From positions 191,270,001 through 191,334,000 of the forward strand of contig OZ024743.1 in assembly GCA_964016885.1 (NCBI GenBank): 64,000 bases of DNA, in the 5' to 3' direction. The notes below the pieces were generated by a model. It saw only the letters and a program-made list of their open reading frames with translations. It was not told the origin of the DNA and made no database searches. Origin of the DNA: Eledone cirrhosa (lineage: Eukaryota). Made by a program: the position numbers and the translations under genes. Positions 1-11,122 of this stretch are shown one piece after another (the first letter of the stretch is position 1; each line of letters begins with the position of its first letter).

Positions 1-1490
1 TACTAAGAGGTGGAAGCGGCCTGATAAACCTCAGAACCAACTTCTTCGGGACATGCAGTCACCTTAGAGCCGGGACCTTTCTCAAGATATATGGACAGTA
101 GCAACACAAGATGATGTGAACTCCCCTCAAGCTATAGGGACTTCTACAGAACATGAAAACACCTCTCGGCCAGACCTCCCTCAAGCTATATGGGCAATAA
201 CAACACCCTAGGTTGTGAACTCCCCTCAAGCCATAGGGAACAACCCAGGCGGAGCAAACACCATGATAGCCTAGAGATAGAATCGGACAGAAGCCATAAT
301 AATTTGGCCAACATCTATAACACAAACACCTTTAATTTACTAGATTTCTGATTTTCAAGTTCCAATCTTAAATCTTGATTTCTCTTTATTAATTTGTTAT
401 TTGTAATCTGCCCTCTTCACCTTATATTTATTTTTAAGTTGAGATTGATTATAACACAAACACATCTAGTTTGAATATTTCATCTTAACATCTTGTCTCA
501 TACCAATCTATCCAACATATTCTGACCTTGAGATTGGTTATAGCACACACACACACTTTATCCTACATTACTTCTCACTTCTCCATATTCATTTTCATTA
601 CTTTTTCACCAATTTTTCATTTATTCTTTATTCTTTATTCTCTATTTATTTATTTATTTTCAAATTATACAAATTATATTAATTATTTTATTATATTATT
701 TATTTATTTTCTGTTTTCTTCATTCATTGCCTTATATTTCTTCATATACATGGAACCCACCACCACCACCACCACTACGATGGTGGCAGGAGGGATGAAG
801 AAAAAACACAAACTGGATACTTCTAAATTGTTAGCAGCAGCAAGATATAAGTTGACCACTACACCAACAACACTACCAAAATAGTGGTAGAGGTCAAATG
901 TACTGAACAATAGCAGGCAAAAATACTACAGGGAGCCTCACCCCAGAAAGAATTCTATAGACTTCTGACTGAGGAATGCTCTCAGAACTGACCAATGGGA
1001 AGTTTGACACTTTTTTTGTTATTTTGTTCCTTTAACACCTTGTCCCTTCTACCATTTTATCAATTTTTAAGCTAACTCCAACAATAACAACACTTAGAAT
1101 GAGGAATGTTCTAATAACTGACCAATGAGAGGAGAAGAGGACCTTTGACACTGAAATTCGTTTGTTTGAATTCATATGACTCCAGTTCCTCAGTGAATTA
1201 ACAACCCAACAAAGAACTCGGCATATCAGAGTATTAACAATATTATACACCTAAACAACATATGTACTTGTCTATACCATACTAATTCAAACTGCCTGAA
1301 GAGGTCACAGTCAAAGATGGCTGTCACTGAAATATATATAGCAGTAATAAACGAAGCTAAATTTTAATCATTTTACTTTTATTTAACTTGATTTGCACTA
1401 CTCCGGAGTAACCAAACCAACCTGCGCACTTCGTCGAGTGCTCCAGCCTGCATACTGAGGTGTTGGTATACAACCAACATAAACTCAAAA

Positions 1491-1491
<1 letters not shown>
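1..1491 (+). mobile_element. Probable PLE 3' region/pLTR remnant (family A), carries an HHR, ends at (TC)n(TA)n
   Basis: HHR at 1291-1345 with a related copy at 60274-60342; internal subrepeats (ctcccctcaagctatagg; gaggaatg...actgaccaatg twice); no recognisable ORF. Confidence 0.55.
1291..1345 (+). ncRNA. Minimal type I hammerhead ribozyme
   Basis: Stem I actgc/gcagt; core CUGAAGA; stem II ggtcacagtca/tggctgtcact; GAAA; palindromic helix III atatatat; UA cleavage site. Confidence 0.85.
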
Positions 1492-1550
<59 letters not shown>

Positions 1551-2861
1551 TTATCCTGTGCTAGGGGGTGACCTTATATTAATTGATATAGAAAACGTGT
1601 ACCGAAACTATTTTTCCCAATATGATTGCAACATTACCATAGTTATGTGAAGACGATGTTTTAAACATTGTCTTTCAGTAATTACAAAGGATGATCGCAA
1701 GACATCCTTTTCTTATCGCTTTATCCGCCGGAAATATACAGGCACAGAAACACAAAAACACGCTTTCGTATACATATATGTATGCATGTACCTAATGTGT
1801 TATCGATTTTACTGATAACACAAACATTTTTTTTTTTTACTCACTTCATTTTCTGTCTAAAAAAGGAGAAATATTATCTCATGAACCCAAATCATATGTC
1901 TAAAAAATACCGAAAAAAAATGAGCTATGTATTGTGAAATTAACAACTAACCATATACGACTTATATTTGAAATATATCAACTCTTTCATAATGGAAAAT
2001 TCTATTGTTATCGCATAACAACAAAATAATATACGGTATCTGTATGATAGTGTTCTTTTCTTGTTTGCTATTTAACTTTACCTTTTGAATGAATCATTTC
2101 GAACGAATATTTTTATTCATATTTAAGCTATGAAGTATCAATTCTAGTCACGAAATATCAGGATCTATGACAAGAAATCTCTGATAAACATGGATTTTTC
2201 CACCATAATGCGATCCAGAAATTTATTACAGAAAGGATATGCCATTTTTTGATGCGTTTGCCTTTCTTAAAAGTAAACCAATACTGAAAGATGTAAGTGT
2301 GCAACAGCATGTGTGATAAATTCTACACTTTTTCTGGCCTTTCATCATTTTCTATATTCGATATCGATTTTCTTCGAAAACATTACACCACAATACTTCA
2401 ACGAATTACACACACACATAATTCTTTGTTGTCCAGCGACCTCGACGTTGCTGAGCTTCGTCATATTAACTGATTATGGGCACAGGAAGTATGTAAAATT
2501 CAATAGGGGACCCACAACCACAACCACAACCATGAAAGTTGCACGCATGCTGTGCTAGTGGCGCAGATGGTCGTCGCTTCTATTGCCGAGGTATAAGCTT
2601 GTCTCTGCTTACAGTAACCAGAATGTAAAGAAATCAGGGGGGAGCTGTTTGGAAACAGAGCACCAGCTTTGTCAGTGTTTTGCAGCATCATTCCGGCCAG
2701 ACAATGAAATACTGCACATGTGCACACACATACACACATACTAACGCACACACCCACATAACTTCGATGTCAATCCGAACCGATTTGCTATATGCTATGT
2801 AGTAAAACCGAAACTTGAAATTCATGATTGCGAAACCAAATATTTAATCACGTGACTACGG

Positions 2862-2929
<68 letters not shown>

Positions 2930-2954
2930 TATATATATATCCATAACATACATA

Positions 2955-3047
<93 letters not shown>

Positions 3048-3051
<4 letters not shown>

Positions 3052-3266
3052 CAGATTAAAGTCTAAGCAAAGAATCGCTGCTTTCACCCTTAACGGGATC
3101 TCCTGAACCTCTTCAGATCCCGTTAAGGGTGAAAGCAGCGATTCTTTGCTTAAACTTTAATCTGTTATCTTAGTAAATATTTGCTCTACGGTTCTTATAT
3201 ATTTGATATATATTTATCCTTATCGAGCCCTCTTTGGAATTTAGTCTTCAAATTTATTATTATTAC

Positions 3267-3268
<2 letters not shown>
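3048..3268 (+). mobile_element. Fold-back mini-element (family B) flanked by (TA)n
   Basis: Inverted arms 3048-3101/3115-3168 plus a 100-nt tail; homologous to 7821-8420, 59040-59200 and 60975-61190. Confidence 0.85.
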
Positions 3269-3297
<29 letters not shown>

Positions 3298-3308
3298 GTG
3301 TGTGTGTG

Positions 3309-3392
<84 letters not shown>

Positions 3393-3411
3393 CAACCAAC
3401 ATAAACTCAAA

Positions 3412-3466
<55 letters not shown>

Positions 3467-3503
3467 GCGAGAGAGAGAGAAATAGATAGAAAACATAGAT
3501 ATA

Positions 3504-3571
3504 TCATCTGATGAGGAAACTGGAATATCTGTTAGTTGAATTGTCTAATTTCGTGAAACCTTGTGTAATGG
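3504..3571 (+). ncRNA. Type I hammerhead ribozyme (family C, element about 3500-3751)
   Basis: Stem I tcat/atgg; CUGAUGA; stem II ggaaactgga...tctaatttcgt; GAAA; short helix III; GUA. The 3' tail matches the reverse complement of 50950-51035. Confidence 0.65.
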
Positions 3572-3752
3572 AATAATCATATTGTGCTCCGGCCGTTTCG
3601 ACAGATAGATACAAACAGTTCGGATCTAGCTGTCGGAACCGCGAGGATCAGCCGCCGGGGTCCTCACTCTTTTCATATTACCTATTCTACTAACCTATGT
3701 ATCGAGTACTCCGGTGCGTTATGGTCCACCTGGTATCTTACCACACATTTGC

Positions 3753-3821
<69 letters not shown>

Positions 3822-3934
3822 TGTATATATACACACACATCAATATCTATATATATTTATATTTATATATATATATATACATATACACACATATTTATAT
3901 ATATATATACATATACATACATACACATACACAC

Positions 3935-3999
<65 letters not shown>

Positions 4000-4000
<1 letters not shown>

Positions 4001-4867
4001 GAGGTATGTCAGAAAAGTTCCAGGACTGATGTCACAAAAGGTTTATTTCAAACCCAAACTTCACACTCTGAGTTTTCTCCTTCAAAGTAATCCCTCTGGA
4101 TTATGTGACTGTAATGTTAGCTCTCTGCAGCGATCAACCTTTTTTCTTCATAATTTTATATACATGTCCTATGTTTCAGGTCGTCAAGCAATGAGCACTG
4201 AGCAACGAACAAACTCGAAGTTTCTGCTACTGTTGGGGAAAACTCCCTCAGAAGCACTGGGATTGCTGCAGCAATTGTATGGAGTTGAGACGATGTCACA
4301 CTCACGTGTTTTTGACTGGTACAAGATGACCCCAGGAGCGGAAGACCCTCAACAACCAGGACTGAGGTCAACTTCAAGCGCGTCAGGCAGATGGTGCGTA
4401 GCAATCATCGGCTGACTGTTCGACTGATGGCAAATGAGCTGGGCATGAATCGGGCAGCGTCTGGAAGATTATCACTGAAGATTTAGACATGCGGAAAGTC
4501 TGCGCGAAGATGGTGCCAAAACTGCTGAACGATGACCAGAAGGGTCGACGCATACAAGTGTGCCAGGACATCATCAGGCGTCTTGAAACCGAACCAGACT
4601 TGCTAGGGACAGTCATGGATCTTCGAGTACGACCCAGATGGGACCCGTTTTGAAGACGTGGACGACATCAAAAAGGCCGTGACGACGGAACTGCGGAGGA
4701 TCCCGGAAGAATCCTTCCAGGTGTGCATGCAAGCGTGGCAGAAAAGGATGGAAAAGTGCATTAGACTCCAGGGGTATTACTTTGAAGGAGAAAACTCTTA
4801 GTGTGAAGTTTGGGTTTGAAATAAATCTTTTGTGACATCAGTCCTGGAACCTTTCTGACATACCTCG
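4000..4867 (+). mobile_element. Internally deleted mariner element, copy 1
   Basis: About 100-bp TIRs (cgaggtatgtcagaaaagttcc...), TA flanks; frameshifted transposase remnants RKVCAKMVPKLL and YFEG. Confidence 0.92.
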
Positions 4868-4877
4868 TATATATATA

Positions 4878-5773
4878 CTAGCAGTAAAGCCCGGCGTTGC
4901 TCGGCGCTGATCAGTAGCTGTGTTAAAGTTACAATGATAAGTTCCTTTCTTGGCTTAAAAATTGTAGAGTCTACAGTGTAGACTTTCATGTGGTACTTTT
5001 GATTAATATTCCTTCAACCAACAGTATGCCTTATGAAGTTAAGAAAACATAACCATAGCACGAATGTTAAAACAAAAGAGGATGCTGGGCATAAATACTG
5101 CACTGGTAATCTATTAACAAAATTCGAAAATGTAAACACTGCAACACATGTCTCAGAGAAAAACATCAGCTAACCAAACTATCAGTTATTTTGAAACAAA
5201 GAAATTGGATGGACATGAAAAACAAAACCAAAATGCGTTATCTGTCTTTCGTTTAAAATCATTGCTTCTAAATGAAAATCTCAATGCTTTTCTTACAAAA
5301 TATTTGCTTGTTTTAGGTGTATTCAAATAGGCTTGTTTTCAAGTAAAAATATTGTTTTAAAGCCTTTTTAATGGAAATGAAGCTTAATGTTGAAATTTCG
5401 AACTCATGAATTTTGCAGGTTAAAATTTTGCTGGCCCGAAAGTTGTTCGTGTATTTTTGTACTTTTGCACGCGTCGTTTATTCGTAACGTAAATAGATAA
5501 ACAGAATGACGACATAAAAGGGAAATGACTCATCTCTCATCTCTGTTTATACATTTGAACTGAAAAATCAATACATTACAAATTCGATTTTTGCACCTGG
5601 CGTGGGTCGATTTGAAAATGTTTTGACCGATGTCTCCGCCGGACCTTCATCTATAAGTGTAGCAATTTCACAGAAATTTGAACGTACAGTTTAGGAGGGG
5701 ATGTGTGCCGACCGTTTTAGTAGACAGACAGACAGACAGACAACCTCAGTTTTATATATATATATATATATAG
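4878..5773 (-). mobile_element. Non-autonomous Helitron-like element
   Basis: Minus strand starts ctatata...aaaactg followed by (tctg)n and ends with a GC-rich imperfect hairpin ccgagcaacgccggg plus ctag|t. Confidence 0.7.
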
Positions 5774-5817
5774 TAAAATCCCTAGTGAACTTCCACCTTG
5801 CATCCCTAAAGAATTTG

Positions 5818-7116
5818 TGTTGGGGGGCACTCAAATTCATCTTGGAAAACAATTTCTTCGAATTCAAGGCAAAATACTACAGACAGAAATCTGGGACTGC
5901 CATGGGTACGAAAGTAGCCCCCTCATACGCCAACCTTGTCATGGGATATTTGAAAACCACTCTCTACCGCAAAGTTCTAGACAAATAAGGCAACCACTTC
6001 TACCAACACATAGAAAAGAACTGGAAGAGATATCTGGACGACTGCTTCATCTTCTGGCATGAAAGTATAGATAGACTGTTTGAGTTTAAAACCCTTCTGA
6101 ATGGACTTAACACAAACTTACAATTCACAATGGATTACAGCCATGGACAACTCTCTTTCCTCGACATCCTCATCAAGAAAACAAATAACAAAATAGAAAC
6201 AGACATATACTACAAACCCACAGACTCTAAACAATACCTTCCAGTCAACTCGTGCCAGCCTAGACACACAAAAATGGCAATTCCTTATAACCTAGCCAGA
6301 AGGATCTGTACAATAGTTTCAGATAAATATACATGCTACACACGACTAGAAGAATTAAAAAACACACTTATCAGCAGAAACTACCCACCATCACCAATCA
6401 ACAATGGATTCCAACGAGCCCTAAAACTCGACATCCAGGAACTCAGGCACCCCAAACCCAGGAATGAACCGCAACAAAAACTCTACCATACATCTCCACA
6501 CACAACTCCCTCAACATTGAGACATTCGACACCATCCTCCAGAACATTCCTTTACTTAAAAGAGACCCAAGAATGAAGAAAATCCTCCAAACACACAACA
6601 TCATGAAGAGCAAAAGACAACCTAAATCCATAAAAAACATCCTCACACAAGTCAAAATCCAACAAACCCTCACAATGAACCCTACAGTAACAAAATGCGG
6701 AAGGCCCAACTGTGGCATATGCATAAATCTAATAGAATGTTCAACATTCCATTTTAAACAAGGACAACAGTTCACAGTTAAACACAACTTTACATTTGCA
6801 TCTGAAAACCTAATCTATTTTTTTATCTGCTCAGGTTGTCAAGAACACTACATAGGACACACAAAAATCACGCCTTCGTCAACGTATAACCGTCCATAAA
6901 TCACAAATTAAAATACATGAATACAGAAAGATTGCATTTAGTGAACATATCGCCAATTGTGCACACAACCAACATCCAAACTTTAAAATTTTCCCCATTT
7001 ACAAATTCATAGACAACGCTAATTTCATCCATCGTACCAATAAGGAAAGATATTTCATTAACAAATTCCAATCCCTACTTAATTCGATAAATTTCGGACT
7101 TTGGTCCGAAGTTTAG
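5818..7116 (+). pseudogene. PLE reverse transcriptase + GIY-YIG endonuclease, disrupted
   Basis: Motifs GTAMG...P.YANL, RYLDD, LSFLD, YYKPT, CxxxxCxxC, NLIY...C..C...YIG, KERYFI...LN; stops and frameshifts present. Confidence 0.9.
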
Positions 7117-7534
7117 CGAATTAAAACTGCAACAAACAATCAAACATTTACAAGAGTTACCTCCCTCACACCCTACCTAATCCTTTTTCTTAAATAAATT
7201 AAATAACATCCAGCATGAATTGCCTCCCTCTGCATATTAACTCTCTAAAAAAGGAAGGCATATCAAATCACAGTCCACCATTTGCCTCCATCGTGGAATC
7301 ATGGATCAACTAAGCACCCTTGCTATATTAACACATTTTGATCTGCTTAACTTCAAGAACTATACCTGTAAATAACATTATTTTTTCTTTCACATTGACA
7401 TTTTATGCTCTACATTACGTTCTTTTTTTCTTTTTTTTTTTTCACTTCATAAACCTTGTTTGTAAATAACATTATTCTCTCTGCACCATTTCTTTAGCAT
7501 GTACAACACCACCATTCTACAACAATACATACCA

Positions 7535-7576
7535 CTATCATTTGATAATGCATAAAAATGCTGAAACCGGTAATAG
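7535..7576 (+). ncRNA. Degenerate minimal hammerhead
   Basis: ttgataa replaces CUGAUGA; stem II gcat/atgc; GAAA; palindromic accggt; GUA; lies downstream of the PLE ORF. Confidence 0.45.
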
Positions 7577-7767
7577 ACAATTATTAAATATACAAATAGA
7601 TAAATAAATGCAATTGTTAATTAATAAATAAATCAACTAATACCTTAACACTTCACACAAAGTAAAACATTTCGTTTTAATCATTTTCTAACCCAGAAAA
7701 AAGATAGAGAGAAATAAAAAGGAAAAAAATATATTTTTCTTCCTAATAATCGTCTCTTTCTGTCTGC

Positions 7768-7820
<53 letters not shown>

Positions 7821-7823
<3 letters not shown>

Positions 7824-8420
7824 ATAATAATAAATTTGAAGACTAAAATCCAAAGAGGGCTCGATAAGGATAAGTATATATCAAATATATAAGAACCGTA
7901 GAGCAAATATTTATTTATTTCTATTACTTCTGTATTGTATTTATTTACTTTGCTCTTAACTCTGTAGCGGAGATTCAGTCGGTCTCCTAATTAGAATTTA
8001 GTCTACGACTTCTGCTATAACATTTACATGGTTTTGTCTTTGCGTGCTATTGTTCTCCACGCTCCACATATGGCGTATTATCTTCGTTTTTTTCGTTCAT
8101 TACCAGAGAACGTCTTTATGAACCACCTAAGAGAACATTAGTCTACGACCTCTTTTATACCATAAACGTGGTTCTGTCTTTGCGCGTATTTGTTTTCCAC
8201 CGCTCCTATTAATGACGTATTATATTCGTTTTTTCCCGTTCTTTGCCAGCGAACGTTTCCACGAACCAAAGTATCGTCTTCCTGATTTCCTCCGGTTGCA
8301 ACGTTTTTTGAAATATCCACTTCTGCGTTTAAGATTGACTTTGTTAGTTTCAGAAGATCCCGTTAAGGGTGAAAGCAGCGATTCTTTGCTTAAACTTTAA
8401 TCTGTTATTTTAATAAATAT
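7821..8420 (+). mobile_element. Family B element with inverted 3' tail
   Basis: 7821-7915 is the reverse complement of the family B tail; the body has a ~140-bp tandem duplication and an HHR variant; (TA)n on both sides. Confidence 0.8.
8332..8403 (+). ncRNA. Extended type I hammerhead variant (core CAGAAGA)
   Basis: Stem I agttt/aaact extended by agattga/ttaatct; stem II ccc/ggg; GAAA; helix III agca/tgct; CUU site. Confidence 0.6.
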
Positions 8421-8721
8421 ATATATATATATATATATATGTATTAGAATTAGTGCTCTGAAATAGCGTTGTACACATGTATGTATGTATAGTATATTTG
8501 ACAATATACCGTATGTTTAATTAAAAACAATTCGAAGACCATACGCTATCGGGTTTAAAGTAGTGACTATGTCACTAGAAAATTATAGAAGCTAGATTCT
8601 TATAGAAATCCAGTAATAATCAGGAGCTGATTATACAGAGCAATTGCCGGTCCAGCAAAAATTAGGTAGTAGGATTGGTGCTCTGAAATAGCGATGTATA
8701 CATGAATGTATGTATAGAATA

Positions 8722-8763
<42 letters not shown>

Positions 8764-8764
8764 C

Positions 8765-8862
<98 letters not shown>

Positions 8863-8934
8863 GTGTGTGTGCGTGTGTGTGTGTGTGTTTTATAGATAGA
8901 TATTAGGTTTACTGGTATTGCAAATTCACAGTAG

Positions 8935-9960
8935 AACATCTTTGAGACGGGTGATTATATCGATTCTTTAATATATTGATCGTGGGAATTGTGTATTGAT
9001 CTCCTTCTCAAAGAAAATCTTCTATCATGTAGTTCTGTGTGTAATATGTGCATATCAGTGTTTAAATTCTTTACTCCATTAATCTCATTCATCTTACGAA
9101 ATAGTCACCTATTGTTGTTTTTCGTTCACGGCGACCATTTTCGTTCGGTGTTCCTCTTTCCTGATCAATATTGGTACATTTACTGTACACGTCTCTAGTG
9201 TCGTTTATGGATCATGACAATAACTTTCCCTTTGCTGCTCCACGATGTCTACACGCATCTATGACGCCTTTTCGGGAGATCGCTGTACTGTTCGTTTCCT
9301 CTCTTAGGTACCACATGATCCGTAGTGTCAATCAACAGATGTACAAAGTTTCCACATTTGCGTTTTTCTTCAACGGGACACATCTATCTTCAATAACATT
9401 TTCAACCTCTCCGCACAAGCATTCATTTGTACTGAGCCGTTGATCATCAAAATACAGTATTCGTTTGACGTTTCTCATGGGACTAAGGGTACTAGCAAAT
9501 TGATCTCGGACATCACATCTATGATCCAACATCAGGCGTTTGGTAAATTCTAGTTTCCGATACTTTTCATCAGCGCCATCGCTACAAAGTCCAGTTGGCT
9601 CAAGTTTCTGCTTTGCTTGTGTTTGAAAAGGCTGCGTGGGATACGAAGCCGGTTAATGGTGCAAAACTGAAGAATCTGCTGTTCACATTCATTCCATAAC
9701 CAAATATTCCATAGACAACGAAATATATTTCATTTGTCTATAGGCCGATTCTGGCATTAAACTCTCCCATTAGTATTCCTCTGTTCGTTTAGCTTTAGAA
9801 TTAAGAGTTTGGTCCACTGGATCGAAACAATTCAATGCACATCGCCTGTGTAGATGCTGTCAGAGGCATACACTTCGGTAATCATTTTAATTTTGGCTGT
9901 CTGTTTTGAATCACTTTTCAATGTCGATATCCCCTTTTAATTTACATCCCTGGACGGATG
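8935..9960 (-). mobile_element. Degenerate RTE-like LINE, AP-endonuclease region
   Basis: Minus-strand remnants EVYA and ILMGEFNARIG, heavily disrupted. Confidence 0.55.
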
Positions 9961-10425
9961 CCTCACAATATAAGCTCCAGCGAATTTACCAAATTGAGCA
10001 GTTTGGTAATGCTGTTAAGCACGACGTTTGTGGCATTTGAGGCATTGGTATAGCTTCACGACTACAATCAATCATGTGCATAGGGAGTGTATGTGTTTGA
10101 AGGCGTTTGTGCGTATGTTTGTGCGCGCGTCAGTGAGTGTATTTGTGTTTGTTCTACCTAGTTAGTACATAGTCCGAAAAATTAAGACGATTTTTTTTCA
10201 GCTCTCTCAATTTGCATTGTATTGTTTTGTGTGGGTTTTTTTTCTTACTGATGTTTTTATACAATCGTGTGCGCAGGCACACACACATACTCCCAAACAT
10301 ATATATACCCATATATATATATATGGGTATATATATATAATATTATATACGGGGGTTACGTGCGTGTGTTCGTGTGTGGCTGTGCGTGTATGTGTCTGCA
10401 TATTTATGTGTGTGAGCGTGTAAAG

Positions 10426-10495
<70 letters not shown>

Positions 10496-10512
10496 ACATA
10501 TATATACATATA

Positions 10513-11122
10513 TGTCAGGTCACCAGTTGGTGCTACTGGTAACATGTATCCCAGTACAACCTGTCTCATGCTCGGGTCGTTGGCGACTAAACTGGCAACC
10601 CCACCAAGGTTTCTTGGTGAGGATGGTGACTTTGGACATACTGCAGGACTAAAAACAAAACCTGTCAAAGGGCAAAGGAGCTCTTAAGAGTCAATGGCCA
10701 TCCAAAATCACCGGGAGAGATGACCCCTTAGCCTTTGTCAAGGCAGAATTCTAGGAGAAGGAAAACTCTGATATAACACCTGCAACCCTGATGGTATCCA
10801 ATGTTGTTGACTTGTTCTTCTTTTTGGTAAATATCATCTTGGTTAAGAGAGTGGGACTGGCTTTGTGCAATGCCTTTGCTCACTATAAAAGCTTCACGGC
10901 ACAGGCATTGCTTTATATCTGGAGATCTCTCTTCACTTGTCGTCACATGGTACCATGGGCTCAGCACTATGTGTCAATAATTGTCACAAGTGTAGTGTTT
11001 GTACCAGAGTTTTCAAGTTGCTGGCTGGACTAAAAAGTCACACTCGTTCATCACATCGGTAGGGGTTCTCCTACATGGATATAAAGTAGTGGCCGTACTC
11101 GAAACGAGTTGGCAGCCACCAT
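10513..11122 (+). mobile_element. Non-autonomous element resembling RTE 5' UTR sequence, in (TA)n
   Basis: Homologous segments at 33768-34208 (+), 42003-42197 (-), 25385-25590 (+), 41815-41905 (-); 3' tip similar to 35931-35950 (-). Confidence 0.6.

Larger units (their letters stand above)
5775..7772 (+). mobile_element. 5'-truncated Penelope-like retroelement
   Basis: RT and GIY-YIG remnants followed by a 3' region with a degenerate HHR; flanked by (TA)n on both sides. Confidence 0.9.

Noticed and set aside
2500-2757. GC-richer stretch that might be an exon
   Set aside because: No recognisable domain or convincing splice context in any frame
8441-8725. ~55-bp diverged direct repeat
   Set aside because: Looks like an ordinary local duplication with no internal structure
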